Below, piece after piece: positions 12,202 to 25,353 of a DNA stretch of 58,167 bases. This stretch comes from Ancylonema sp. (taxonomy: Eukaryota). The stretch covers positions 62,001-120,167 of the forward strand of contig JBFLGF010000025.1 of the NCBI GenBank assembly GCA_050230475.1. The letters are read 5' to 3'. The stretch's first letter is position 1, and each line of letters opens with the position of its first letter. The translations under genes were made by a program, and so were the position numbers. The notes beneath the pieces are model-generated. The model made no database searches and was not told the origin of the DNA. It saw only the letters and a list, made by a program, of their open reading frames with translations.

Positions 12202-13167
12202 TTGACAGACAAAAACCGTTCCGCATGTAATTGTTGTTTTCAATCCCTCTTATGTCCATTATCCTAGTCCTTCTACGATAAATATACGCAAGTATTCTTT
12301 CTAGTTTTAACTTCCCAGATTTGTTTCTTAGGGCCTAATAATTGATAATTCTTAGGGCCTAAGAATTAAATCATCCATTGCTAAATCTGGTTCTAATGAT
12401 TCAAAAATCTTTACAGACACGTTGGTTTGACCGACCCGACCTTTAATTTTCTTCCGTGTTTTTTGCAGCAGATCGGCACGCATGTTTCCCGACTTTATCT
12501 TAGACTCCGTACAAACTCCCTGCGTAATAAACTAAAAAGGCTCGAGAAATCACTTTTAAATGATGATCCACCCTTCTTTGGTATTGAGAAACATCACGCA
12601 ATCCACGCGGCTAAATTCGAAGCAATCATGATAATCCGTTCTTGCCATTTCGAAATTGATATCGGATCGACACCTTTGGCCCGTATGATATTAATAACCA
12701 ATAATTAGGGTTTGTATTCTCACGTTCTCCAACCCCCCACACACACACACGGAGGTGTCCATACTATCACTCTGGGTTTTGTTTATTTGTTGCACTGTAC
12801 AATGCATTACCACTCCACGACCGGCTTGCAAGATATTCAAACAATTAGGAGCATGGTTGAGCCCAATCCGTCCGAATCCCCAATCGGGGTCGGCACCATA
12901 TCGTGAATATTTTGATCCAATCGGACCAAACAAGAAAAATAAAATAGAATCCAAAACTCTCATACACACTCTTCACTTTTCCTAGTCTTTCACCTAATGA
13001 TAGGCCCCTCCAATCCGGATCGGCCTCGGATCGAAAATTCCCCGATCGGATTTGGTTTGATGACGATCAGGAGTCAACAATGCCCATGTTTTACACTTTC
13101 TCTAAAAAATGGATCAAGTGCTCGAGGGTGAAGAGATTTTTTGCCAAGAATTCTTAATGCTCCAAAC

Positions 13168-13262
13168 CATAGTGTCCCCGAGCCATAGGGTCCCCGAGCC
13201 GGAAAATATGCGCGCCGGCTCGGAGCCGGGCTCGAAAAATCCACGAGCGGAGCAAGACCCAC
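13168..13262 (+). mobile_element. hAT-like terminal region; related block at 26060-26150
   Basis: Starts CATAGTG; CCGGCTCGGAGCCGGGCTCG...GAGCGGAGC..GACCCAC is repeated at about 26100-26150. Confidence 0.45.
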
Positions 13263-13316
13263 ATGAAAAAAAAAAAAAAAAAAAAAAAACAAAACAAAAC
13301 AAATGTTAGCCCCGTG

Positions 13317-13974
13317 TGGAGTGGGGATGAACCCTTAACCCTGGTAACCCTGGTAACCCTTAACCCTTAATCTCGAGGTTACTAGCCTGAACCCTCCTCC
13401 CCAAAACAGGGTTAAAACCTCGAGGTTACTGGTTAACCCTTATTTAATCCGATAACCCTGGATCGGGGTTAATCAAGGTGAATCAGGGTTAATCGGGGTT
13501 ATCCAGGGTTAAAAAGGGTTAATCAGGGTTATTGAAGGGCTAATTTTGCCGCCGCCGCCGCCGCTGCCAGCGGGACGGGTACTTCCGGGTACGCAATATA
13601 ATTATATTGCGCCAATTAATACCTGTCTAAATTTAAAAAAACTTCCATCCGATCTTGCGCCCGATTTCGGGTGAATTAATAACCTGTCCAAATAAATAAC
13701 CTGTTTGAATTAATAACCTTTCCGTTTTTTTTTTGGTTTCGGTTCCGTCATATTAATTTTGACAGGTATTTCAGGGTTAACAACCCTAGGATTAATCAGG
13801 GTTAAGCAAGGTTATCGGGATTATTCAGGATATTCAGGGTTAATTAGGGTTGATTAGGGTTAATCAGGGTTAATCACGGTTTTTCATGGTTAACAGGGTT
13901 AATCAGGGTTAAAAGGGATTATTTCAGGGTTACGACTTAACCCCGAAAATAATTTCAGGGTCACCCCCACTCTA
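13317..13974. mobile_element. Non-autonomous hAT element with AGGGTTA/TAACCCT subterminal repeats
   Basis: TIR T(G/A)GAGTGGGG(A/G)TGA; 8-bp TSD GCCCCGTG/GCCCCGTC (13309-13316, 13975-13982). Confidence 0.8.
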
Positions 13975-14346
13975 GCCCCGTCCCCCGCTAAGCGGTGGAC
14001 TATTATGCTTGCGTAATATTGTATCATAACACCTTGTATCCCGTCATTACCCCGTCCCCGTTCACAATTCCCCCTTGTCGTTTGCAAGCTACAATTCTGT
14101 CGTTTAACACGTCTCCCGTTCATCGTAATGTGTGACACTCATAGATTTAGTTTGTCGTTTGTGCCACAAAATCTGTCATTGAAGAAAGGGATTACATAAG
14201 TCGACGTCCCAATTCCTTATGTCGACGTCCAATTCTCAGCGAGTTCCTCGTGTCCACCTACAAGTATGGACGGGGACCGTAGATACGGTTGGAAGCGGAC
14301 TACATTTCCGAGAGCCGTCGATTCTAATTTGTCGTTCTCACCCGAA

Positions 14347-14818
14347 TATAAGCTTTTGAGTGATTAGACGTGCCGGAATATGCCGGAATAATTAGGTGGG
14401 CGACAAAACGAACCGTACGCAAAAGGATCTCTCTCACTGATGATCAACGAGACAGGAGTTGCGTGTGTGGAACGAATTTTATGTGTGATTGCATCGGGGA
14501 TGGTAATACCCGATGCGCTTTACAGATTGTTGCGTGCCGACGGTCGGCACAATTGACCGTCGGCCTATCATTGACTCTTCTACATGTCAACGGCACATGC
14601 CGGACATTTCTGACACGACTAAACAAGCCAGTAACGACGCTTCAAACAAATAACGTCTCTAAGCGTCGGAAACATGTCAGGTGCCCGGGCACAAACTTGC
14701 CCGGCCCCGCATACAGGCACATCATCACATCTAGAATATTGCTCCCGGTTAGAGTAACCACCGGTCACAACTGGACTAGCACCAATATTCTAACACACCC
14801 CCTCGGATGCCATGCTAA
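14347..14818 (-). mobile_element. Copia 3' LTR (14795-14347) plus PPT stub, family B
   Basis: Minus strand GGCATCCGAGGGGGTG|TGTTAG, the same PPT as at 24541 and 38682; internal similarity to family A LTRs; same end sequence recurs at 58137. Confidence 0.8.
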
Positions 14819-16010
14819 CGAATCTCGCCGAAAATTCGTACGTCCCATCTAAGCAACGTGGCCGATGCAAAAATCAGTATTGATGTACAAAACGCGGTCC
14901 ACGAACCTCTAGATCGTGGTAGCCCGTCAGCGTGGTCACCGGCATGTTACGATCGACGGGGTCATGACTCATGACCCAGACGTCGGCCGCATGCGGTCCA
15001 GGGTTTGTTCGGCGGGGGGTACGTCGGGTTTTGTGACCTTTCTGTCAGACTACAGACGGGATTCTCTACTTACTAACAAGTTACTGTCTCTTCCTCCGGT
15101 GTTTGTCGTGGGTGCGATGCTGTGAAACAGATGGTTAGTGCGTGACGCATTCTAAGTTGGCTACGTGATCCGAAACGATTCAAGGGTGATAGCTCGTGTG
15201 TTGAGTACATTATTAGGTTAAAAAATCGATTTTTGATGAACCTTCTTCATGTTGTAAAGTTGTAGTTATGGGGAGTTTATTTTTCACATTCGTGAATTTG
15301 TGTTACTGATGTTTGTCATCACGCGACCTAGGAGAAAGAAAGGATGCTCTATTTCATTCTCTAATATTAAGTATGTTCTTTAGCCGCTTTAAGTATACAA
15401 CATTCGAAAGACGTGCTGGATTGTAGCCTATCCTTGTGGTATAGGTCTTGAAATAGCGTATAATGAGACAAATGACATCGTCTTTTTCATGTTGTTACAT
15501 ATTAACATGTTCTTCATTGTCCTGTAGTTGATTCTGATTTACATTTAGTACTCGCGCTGTGAACCAGGATGGGGCGATTGTTGTTCGTTGTCATATTGGT
15601 GTCGCTTCTCCAACACGGTGCACCTCATATTGTCGGAGTAAATTCTGCTGGTAAGTTATTCTCCTCTCCGAAGTGAGGAGTTACAAAAAGTCCTTCTATT
15701 TCCTTCAGCCATATAGTTTATAAATGTCTAACAAGTTTTAGGGTGTAGTATACAATGTGTACCGAGTGTGTACAATTGGAATCATAAATTTAGATTGGGT
15801 ATATGATGGATGTATGATGGATGTATATGTACTTGTATACCAATATGTATATGTATATGTATATGTATAGCTATATACATAGGTACCTTATATATATGCT
15901 ATTAACTCCAATATATAATATGAACTCCCATAAATACTGGAATCATGTGGATTAGAGCAAGGAAATACGTAGTTATTTATGTTTCTTGTCTTACCACCGT
16001 ATGAATACAG

Positions 16011-17130
16011 GTTCGGTCGCTCCTGAGAAAGGTGTCAACCCACTTCTCCCAACCATTTTCAACCACCAAACACCTCTGTACCCCAGGAAGTCCCGCCACC
16101 CGAGGACATCCCGCCAATTCCTCTCACAGTACTCCCTGACACTGGTGTCTATGAGACGCGGGAGGAGTTGTATGTGTTCCTACAGGCATTTTCTAATAGC
16201 CATGGCTATGTTGTCACCCACAAAAATTCAAAAAAAAAAAAATTGGGTTACATATAGGTGTGATCGTGGGGGGAAGTATTTCAACCGTCGTAATCTACAA
16301 GATCATATGCGAAAGCGCAAAGGAGGAACACGTCTTATAGGATGTCCGGTTTCTTGTGTCAACTAAGTTGATAGACGTAGGGTGGAAATTGAAGGTCGTA
16401 GACGGAAAGCATAATCACGGCCCCACCCCTGATTTGTTAGGTCATCCGCAAGTGCGTCGCCCTACGATGGAGGATATTCAACAAGTAATGGAGTTGTCTA
16501 ACGCACACGTAGCGCCAAAACAAATAGTTGGTGTGTTGAGGAATAAACTTAATAAGTTGCTCTTAGCTAGAGACGTCGGCAATATAACTTTGTTAGAGAG
16601 GAAGAAAGAATTGGGTGGTTATACTCCCACCCAAGCGTTGGTGAGGAGCTCGAGCAAAATGAAAAGAGGACTTACGTCATGCAGACAAGTGACGACGGCA
16701 CACTCAAGAGACTCTTCTTCGCTTATGTTCCAAACCGGAAATACGCCCTCTTGTATCATCATGTACTTGTCATCGATTGCACTTAGAAGACCAACAGGTA
16801 AAGCTATATCCGGACATGGCCTTTGTCGCGGCGGATCTGTATCAACGTCCGATAGTAGTTCTCGGGGATTTTTTTTCGAATTGTAGTACAATTTTCCCCT
16901 TCAGAACCCAAAACTTCAATCCCGCACCGGTCGTACTCATCCACACCAATTGTAACCATTTTCAGAAAGGGGAGTTGATATCGTATAAACTTCCTCCCGT
17001 GGACCTGGAGTGGATGGCACATCTACGCCAATTTCCTGATCTCTTTCCTCTCTACAACCACGTAGCACAAGCGACAATGGCGTGGCAAAACTTTAGGCAA
17101 TGGATAGAGTTACAAGCAAGTTTGAGATGA
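16011..17130 (+). pseudogene. Internally deleted, frameshifted MULE transposase: FAR1-type Zn DNA-binding domain joined to OTU-like C-terminal domain
   Basis: YRCDRGGKY..GTRLIGCP..WKLKVVDGKHNH; VIDCT*KTNR* (first catalytic D motif) jumps directly to YPDMAFVAADLYQRPIVVL..TIFP..NHF..LPPV..W. Confidence 0.85.
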
Positions 17131-18485
17131 TAATGCAAAGCATTTATTGCTTTTAGAGCTTGTTGGGATGTGGCAATAAACAATTTAGGTGTGTACCTTG
17201 TTTCAACATTGTGCCATTCGTTGGGAATTGCGACAATCATAACGCAATGGTTAGTATGGTGTAATCATTTCACGTCGGTATTTGAGTGTGAACACGTGCA
17301 AGTGTCATTAATTGTGTGGAGTTGATGGAGTTCTTGTTGTGTTAACAACGTTATTGTTGTAGATTTTCGTGGATTGAATTGGAAATCGTGTTGGACGTGC
17401 CGATTACTGCATCGGATATTGCATGATCTTAAAAAAAAAATCGTAATTACCCATTCACATTTTTGTTTTTAAAATTTAGTGTTAGTAATTTGAAGCACAT
17501 AATGTGACAAATAGACTGAGATCGAACACTATCACGCAACGTGCTCCAATTCCCTCAAGACATGCATGGAAATGCATTCTACCCGTACCTTAACATCATA
17601 TGCCTAAAATTTTGAACTACTAGCGAAGGCGCAAAATGACGCTTGGGTGTCACACACGCTATAAATAATACGCGTCCAATAGACTAAAGACATTCCCACC
17701 ACTCAATTGAAATCGTCATGCAAAATCCAAATACTACGATAAATGCAACTCGATACATTATTCGTTTCCATTATTGCACATATATAAATTTAGTTTTTAG
17801 TGTTTCCTTGAAAACATAGACAAATGATTAACAAAGAACAAGAGGTTAATGGTTTTGAAAACATTGAAAGGAAATACATATTGTAACACTAAAATACGTA
17901 AGCCTTCATTCACTTCTAGCAACTTTTCTTATACAACCAATTGTAGAAAAACAAAACTTGTCTAAAATTGAGAGAGGACACTTATTGCACTTAGTTCATT
18001 GACAGTATAACATTTATGCGCATACTATGCAAAATAAAATTCATGTTCTAAAAAAAAAGCAACCATGACTTCTTCCTATGTAACGTACTTGGCCGCGCAC
18101 CACGTGCGACATTTGCGCATCCTTGCGGGCACGCGTGCGCTCGCACCTCGGACGCCGACCTAGCTAAACCCTTCGTTGGTGCTTAAAAAAAAAAAAAAAA
18201 ACATGCGTTACAGTGGGGTCCACATTTATGTGCGCATGTTTTTTCCTCATGAAAATTGCAAATGTTCCGCATTTCCCCCTTTTAAAAAAAACCGCTTCAT
18301 AATAGCACTATAATTTATACATATCGAAGCGAAAATTAGGCCAACCGGGGCTTTGCCGACGATAATTATGGCTGCGGGTTTGCTGCCGACTTCCTCGTAC
18401 CCCCCGCCGAAGCAACCCTGGACCGCCCAACGTCTGGGTCATGAGTCATGACCCCGTCGATCGTAACATGCCGGTAACCTCCTCA

Positions 18486-18941
18486 TGTAGGAATTATATC
18501 GGATAGCCATGTTTGCTAGCGTGCTAGTCCGGACTGCCGGTTAGTGTAACCGCGATTAGTGTAACCGGTAGGGTTCCTAGGGTAAGCTTATATTGAGGGG
18601 CCGGACTTATGTCCGGGCACCCGAATATGACGTTTCGTTTGTGCCGTTTGTAGCACGTGTGGTCTAGATGGTTCCGATTTGTCAGACTGTCCGGCATGTG
18701 CCGTTGTCAGGATCTGACTATTGTTGAGTTATGAGAGGCCGACGGTCCGCAGATACGACCGCCGGCACGCTTTGTAGATTCCTGTTGTGGACGAGGCATC
18801 GTGGTATACCTACACGATGCCGACCATTCAAGATTATTCTTCCAACTCAATACTTGTCATGGATCATTTCTGAGAGACGTAGTTCCTTGTACGGAAAGAA
18901 TCACACTGTCTTTGCACACCAATCACGTAACATCCCTAAAA
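18486..18941 (+). repeat. 5' LTR family A
   Basis: TGTAGGAATTATATCGG...CATCCCTAAAA; direct repeat of 24557-25014. Confidence 0.92.
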
Positions 18942-19145
18942 CGTTATGGCCACAAGCGGTCTAGTTAAAGACGCTCTCTCAATAACTACAGGCATTCCAC
19001 GCGATTCGCTGCTAAGAGACTCTGAGGTTGAGGTTATTAAGTACTGCACGTAATCCTTCGATTGCGCTGCCAGTGACTGAGGTGTGAGCAGCGCGCTGCA
19101 CGAAACACGCTCAAGAAAGAGCTGGGAGCTGAGCTGTTGCCTAAC

Positions 19146-22100
19146 ATGACGGAAAAGTCATACATTCCGGTCTTCACAGGAGCAGACTATAAAGGATGGG
19201 CTTTTAAAATTAAGTTCGGTCTGGCAGACAAGGAGCTGCACGACATTGTTATGGATTGGGACCTGTCGTGTCTCCACCAGTCACGCAAGATGAGCTCGAT
19301 ACGCCGGATGCTGCGGACGTCGCTAGAACGGTCACGGCACGCACCCATCTCATCGGTCGACAGACTCCTATTCGAGAGGTCTGGTCGAAGAAGAATATCG
19401 CTGCGATGGCATACATCGTCAAACACCTCCAGACGGGGGAGCTGATGCATGTGAGGAACTGCACGACTGCTGCAGAGATGTGGGAGGCCCTGAAGTCTTT
19501 CTACGACATTCAGGGAACCATCGAAATTGCCAACGCTGAAGCTGAGCTTACGGAAATTATCATGGGAGAGGCGGAAGACCTGAGCGACTACGTCAAGCGA
19601 CTTCAGGAGCTGCATGATCGGCTGGGGCATCTGGGGGAGCCAGTCAAGCCGGCAAAGCAGACGATTAACTTCTTGAATTCCCTAGACACTCGCTACAACG
19701 CACGAGTGGAGAGCGTGATGTCCTGGGCAGTTTCTGCACCATCACTCTTCACGATCCCTTAGGCCGTCAGCACTCTGTCAGCTGGCGATCGACGGGAGGT
19801 CTGCAACGACCGAAAGAGAGGGGCGCTGCCGGGAGGGCAGCAGACCAATTTCGTAGGAAAGGGAGGTTACTCGGGCAGCTCCGGAGCTGGCCCAAGTCGA
19901 CCTGGTGGGATCGGCGTTCCCGGAAGTCACGACCTGACGAGAACTCAGTGCTACGGCTGGAACCAGTATGGCCACCTGAAGTCGGACTGTCCCGTACGTC
20001 CGCCAATGAGGTGCCATGGCTGCAACCAGACCGGCCACAGGCTGTCGCAATGCAGCCAGCAACGGCAAGGTGGAGGAGGAAGATCGGCTGGCCAGCAGGG
20101 AAGTGGCAGTCCGAAACCTAAGTGCAGATACTGTGATAAGCTTGGACACACCGCATTGGCAGAATGTTTGAAGCGTAAATCTGATCTTCTGGCATTGTCT
20201 GCACCTGATTCGAATCTTCGTAATCATCAACCGTAATCAAGCTCAGGCTAGACTTGCTGCAAGACCAGACACACCTTTTGATGCCTCTAAATCCTTAGCT
20301 TATGCAGTGACGCACGGATTGCGATGGCAGCTGGAACTGATTGTTCGCATCTGTGGCTTGATTCAGGCTCGACCGATCTCGTCTTCGTAAGACCACTTCG
20401 TCGAGTACGACACCAACGTCCCAATGCAGCATTCTTTCTTTCATCCACACGGCCGATGGCACGCCTCACACGGTTGAGGGGACAGGCTTCGTGCACGTGA
20501 AAGTGAAGAACGACGACTCCTCTTTCGTCGTCCCTCTCGCTGCTCTGCACGTCCCTACATTCGCTGCGACCCCTGGTGTCCACCGACTGCCTCGTCCAGA
20601 GACAGGTGGGCTGAGCTTTGCCCAGACCCCACATGGCCCCAAAGTACTGACTAAGAATGGACTGAAATGGGCTGATGTCAGCAGGCAGAGGAATGATCTG
20701 TCGTTGCTGCATGATCTATCATCATGGCTGGTTCTTCTGGTCTGCAAGCTAATCTGTCCATCGGCATGCTCTGGCATGGCAAACTGGTTCACCCTGGTAT
20801 ACCAGCCATGTCAGACATGGCCAGACGTGATATACCGAGACTGAGTCAGGAAGTGTTGACTGAGGTCAGGGATTGTGAGATCTGTTGTATGGGGAAAATG
20901 GGACAGAAGGGATGCTATTGCTAGCGAGGTGATGTGGCCACTATGCCGAAAATGGGGAGGTTGCATCTATATCTGATAGATCCTTTTGGTGTTAAGTCAA
21001 TGCACGGAGGGTTTGATTACGCAGAGACAGGGATAGAGGTCAATCCTAGACTGTCAACAGTATCTCTCCTCAAGCACAAGAGCGATGCTCTCAGTCAAAC
21101 GCGCATCACTGTACAAAAACTTGAAGTTGAATCAGGACTGGCGTTGAAGTCTCAGGACAAATGGGGGGGGTGAATACACAAGTAAAGAGTGGAGAGGCTA
21201 TTGTGAGGATAAAGGCTCAGACATGAACTGACTGCTTCCCTACAGTCCTCAACAGAATGGAATGTGTAAAGGTTGAACAGAACATTGATGGAAAAGGATG
21301 AGGTGTTTGCTGATGTGGTCTAAATTGCCTAAATCGTATTGGGATGTGGCACTGATGCACGCAAACTGGTTAAGGAACAGGACCCCCACTAGTTTATTGA
21401 CAGGGGGGATACCTATTGAGGAGTGGACGGGACGTCAGATAAAAATGGACAGAAGTCACACATTCGGCTGTCTGGTTCAATATTTGCTAGTTGGGCATGA
21501 TAAAAATAAACAAGGGGACAAGTATGCTGCCAGGACTGCTTTTGGGGTATATATTGGGCTGGCAGCAGATCAGGCTGGGTACAACATCTTCGACCCGCTC
21601 AGAGCCGGCGTGATGGTGCGGACAGACGTCCGTTTCTTCGAGGAAGTGCCGGGGTACCCGAGACTCATGGGGGGGAGAGCTCCCCAGGTCGAGGCGAAAG
21701 CAGATGGACACTTTTCTCCAGCTGTTCCCCGACACGGATGATGAGCCTAAGGCTGGTAGGGGTGACACGACAAGCAGCAGTAAACGCTGCAACGCCAGCA
21801 GCAGAAGCAGCAGCAGCAGCAGCAGAGCAGAAGCAGCAGCAGCAGCAGCAGTACCAGCAGCAGAAGCAGCAGCAGCGGCAGCACTACCAGCAGCAGCTCC
21901 AGCAACAGTGCCAGCAGCAGCAGCCCACAACGAACCAGGAGCCCAGATCCCACCACTACAGTTTCCGCTACCACCAGTTGCTGAGGTCCCCATCTGTGTG
22001 GTTGAGTTGTCTGACAGCGAGTCAGGGATCAACAACGCAAGAGTGGCAGGCGAGGAGGAGGAGGTCCAAGGAGGGGGTGAGGGGGAGGGGCAGGGGGTAA

Positions 22101-23876
22101 ATGCTGTGAGCATAGCTGAGAGGGTGATGGGGAGAAGACTTTGGGGATGTCCTCTGATACGATGGGGAGGAGTTCGACGAACCCAGGCGCTGGCAGAGCC
22201 ATTCAGGACGAGAAGTGGGAGGCGACATGCTTCTTCACAGGCTTCAACGGCCCCTCTGACCCTGGATTGTGTATGATGGCCACGTTTGCTGACTCCTCCG
22301 ACCCTCTGACGCTGAACCAGGCCATGACGAGGCCAGACTGGGATCAGTGGTTAGCTGCTATCCAGGAGGAAATGAAGAGCTTGGGGGAATTCAACACTTT
22401 CGAGGTGTGAGAACTTCCACCAGGTAAAAGGGCTATGGGGTGCAAATATGTATTCAAAACAAAATACACACCCACGGGAACCCTTGAAAGATATAAAGTC
22501 AGACTGGTCCCCAAGGTTTTCTACAACAAGAAGGAGTTGACTATAATGAAATATTCGCACCTGTAGTAGATAGTACCTCTATCTCTCTTCTACTAGCGAT
22601 TGCGAATCAGGAGGGTTGGGGAATTGAACATATGGATGTAGTCACTGCTTTCTTGCACGGAAGACTGACGGAAGAAGTGTACATGAAAATTCCACCATTT
22701 ATGGAGATTGAGTGAGGGGCTGAGGGAAAGGTTCTGAGAATGAGGGGGGCACTGTACGGACTGAAACAGAGTAGCAAGGTCTGGGGTGAAATGTTCACAA
22801 CCTTCATGCTCAGTATAGGGTTCAAAACAGTTATTATGGACACATGCATATACACCAGGGGAAACAGGACAGTCACGGATCATAGTGGAATACACATAGA
22901 TGATTAGGTGATAGTTGGTCCTAACACCGTGGTCATTAAGTCATTCAAACAGGAACTATCAGGAAAATTCAAAATGAAGGATCTGGGGGCCCTAACCCAT
23001 ATCCTGGGGGTGGAAGTGAAAAGGGACAGACCAACAGGGGGTGCTCACGTTGCATCAGGGAGGGTTCATAAACAGGTTCTGGAACGTTTTGGCATGGCAA
23101 ACTGTAATCCCACAAAACTACCCTTACCACCTGGACTGGCATTTCACCAAGACGATGAACCTCTAACTCCCCCTACCCTGAACAAATAACTGAGTTCCGG
23201 GGAAAAATGGGTCACTCATTTATGCAATGAAACACACCGACCGGATATTGCGCATTGCACTGGGGGTACTGGCAATGGGGAATCTTGGGAATCCTGGGAC
23301 TGCTCACATCAAATCCTTACACCAACTGTTCAGATATTTAAAGGGTACAGTGGATCACGGAAATATGCTACGTGAGGCAGAGGAAGTTAGAGATCAGGGG
23401 GTACTGTGATGCTATAGTTGGAACAGCTGGAGTATGACTGGGAAGTCGGTCACAGGGTGGGTCACTACTGTTGGGGGGACTGCTTTAAGCTGGAAGTCAC
23501 AGAAACAGTCTACAGTCGCACAGAGGACAGCAGAGGCTGGATATATTGCTGCCTGTAGTGTGTCTAAGGAATGCTGTCTGAAGTCGCTCCTGCATGAGCT
23601 CAAACTCCCTAATGAAATTATAGTTTACAGTGACTCAACTGCTGCCTGAACTATCAATGATCCAGAACCCAGTCCAGCGCCAAAAGGCCAAGCACTTCAA
23701 TGTGGTATACCACTGGGTGAGAGAGTGCCACGGAACTGGCAGGCTGAATGAAGTATATGTATCTGGCAGGGGCCAGCCAATCAACCAGCCAGCCAGCCGA
23801 TATGTTCACTAAGGCTCTTCCACAGGTCTTACTTGACAGACACGGAAAGTCGATAGGTTTTGGGAGGGTTAACTGA
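19146..23876 (+). pseudogene. Copia gag-pol, many frameshifts and stops
   Basis: FTGADYKGWAFKI; AEMWEALKSFY; three CCHC-type knuckles; WLDSGST protease; LWHG.L.HPG; QNG..LNRTLME integrase; MDVVTAFLHG, LYGLKQS, HIDD RT; GKSVTGW..ALSWKSQKQSTVAQ RNase H. Confidence 0.95.
21772..21922 (+). repeat. Imperfect (CAG/GCA)n trinucleotide tract in IN-RT linker
   Basis: Directly visible run of GCAGCA units. Confidence 0.9.
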
Positions 23877-24556
23877 AATGGGGGTGCACATTAGGTTCTA
23901 GGGGATTTTCGGCTGCCATGCTGTGTTTGGCAGGGGGTGTATGTTTTATTCTTCTTGCAGAATGCACCTGGGGAGGGCTCTCAACGCTCGTCTATCCAGC
24001 TAAGTCACCCTACTTTTTTTCTGCCTTGAAAACACTTAAGGACACCTGAAAAGTTGCAGATCTGCTTTGCATCTAGAGTTGTCAGTTGTTCATGAATTCT
24101 AGCATATGTGTTGCCATTTTATATTATGAAGTTTGTGTCAAAATTTCAGTGTTTTGATGAAGTTTTGAGAAAGTTGTGAAATTTTGAGAAAGTTGTGAAG
24201 TTTTGAGAAAGTTATGAAGTTTTGAGTATTTCAAGTTATTCGGAGAAAACTGCAGAAAGTTGACTTGTTGGTCATTTTTGTATTGCCCTAACTTGTGGTA
24301 TTTGTTTGTATGTTCAGGGCTCCGGCCCGAAAAATGACTAAGGATCTGGAGCGATCGTCATCGGCTTCCGATCGGATGTGTTTTATGACCGATCGGCTGT
24401 GATTTTTTTTGATAAATGCCTCTAGCACATTGATATGCTAGAGAAGACCCTACTATTCCATGGGCTATGCAAAGGTCTTGCCATGACTTCGCTGTTGAGA
24501 GGGTGGTCTTTTGGTGCTGACTTAATGCCAAACTTGGCATGGCATCCGAGGGGGTG

Positions 24557-25014
24557 TGTATGAATTATATCGGATAGCCATGTTTGCTACGTGCTAGTCT
24601 CCGGACTGTTAGTGACTGCCGGTTAGTGTAACCGGTAGGGTTCCTAGGGTGTGCTTATGTTGAGGGGGCCGGATGAGGGGCCGGACTTATGTCCGGGCAC
24701 CCGAATATGACGGTTCGATTGTGCCGTTTGTAGCTCGTGCGGTCTAGATGGTTCCGAATCTAGACGTTATGTTTTGTCAGACTGTCCGGCATGTGCCGGT
24801 GTCAGGATCTGACTATTGTTGAGTTATAATAGGCCGACGGTCCGCAGATACGACCGTCGGCACGCTTTGTAGATTCGTATACCTACACGATGCCGACCAT
24901 TCAAGATTATTCTCTTCCAACTCAACACTTTGTCATTGATCATCTGAGAGACGTAGTTCCTTGTACGGAAATAATCACACAGTCTTGCACACCAATCACG
25001 TAACATCCCTAAAA
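24557..25014 (+). repeat. 3' LTR family A
   Basis: Follows PPT GAGGGGGTG; TGTATGAATTATATCGG...CATCCCTAAAA. Confidence 0.92.
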
Positions 25015-25353
25015 ACTGACGGGCTACCGCGATCTACACCAATACTTATTTTTTACATCAATACTGGTTTCTGCAACGGCCACGTTGCTTAGATGGGACG
25101 TACGAATCTTCGGCGAGATTTGGGCGGGAACGACAAATGAGACTCGACGGCTCTCGGAAATGTAGTCCGCTTCGAGCCGTATCTACGGTCCCCGTCCATA
25201 CTTGTAGGTGGACACGAGGAACTCGCTGAGAATTGGACGTCTGGACGTCAACATAAGGAATTGGGACGTCGACCTAGGTAAGCCCTTGAAAATATCATGC
25301 ATTCGACGGGTGAGCCTTGTTCCTCCCCGTCCCGTCCCTCCCCGTCCCGGTTC

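Larger units (their letters stand above)
18486..25014 (+). mobile_element. Full-length decayed Ty1/Copia LTR retrotransposon (family A)
   Basis: LTRs 18486-18941 and 24557-25014; degenerate PBS 18942-18953; PPT just before 24557; gag-PR-IN-RT-RH order; degenerate TSD CCTCA/ACTGA. Confidence 0.95.
14188..25285 (+). mobile_element. Mutator-like element (MULE) with long TIRs, both interrupted by LTR-retrotransposon DNA
   Basis: TIRs start GGG(A/C)TTAC(A/C)TA(A/G)GTCGACGTCCC. Left TIR is 14188-14346 plus 14819-about 15025; right TIR is about 18395-18485 plus 25015-25285. 9-bp TSD TTGAAGAAA/TTGAAAATA; internal transposase remnant. Confidence 0.9.

Noticed and set aside
12330..13070. DNA transposon with CCAATC/GATCGG repeats
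   Set aside because: No paired TIR or TSD could be identified.
13325..13945. True telomere or interstitial telomeric array
   Set aside because: Motifs are irregular, in mixed orientation and enclosed by TIRs with an 8-bp TSD.
21738..22100. Polyglutamine protein ORF
   Set aside because: It is an alternative frame of the CAG tract inside Copia pol.
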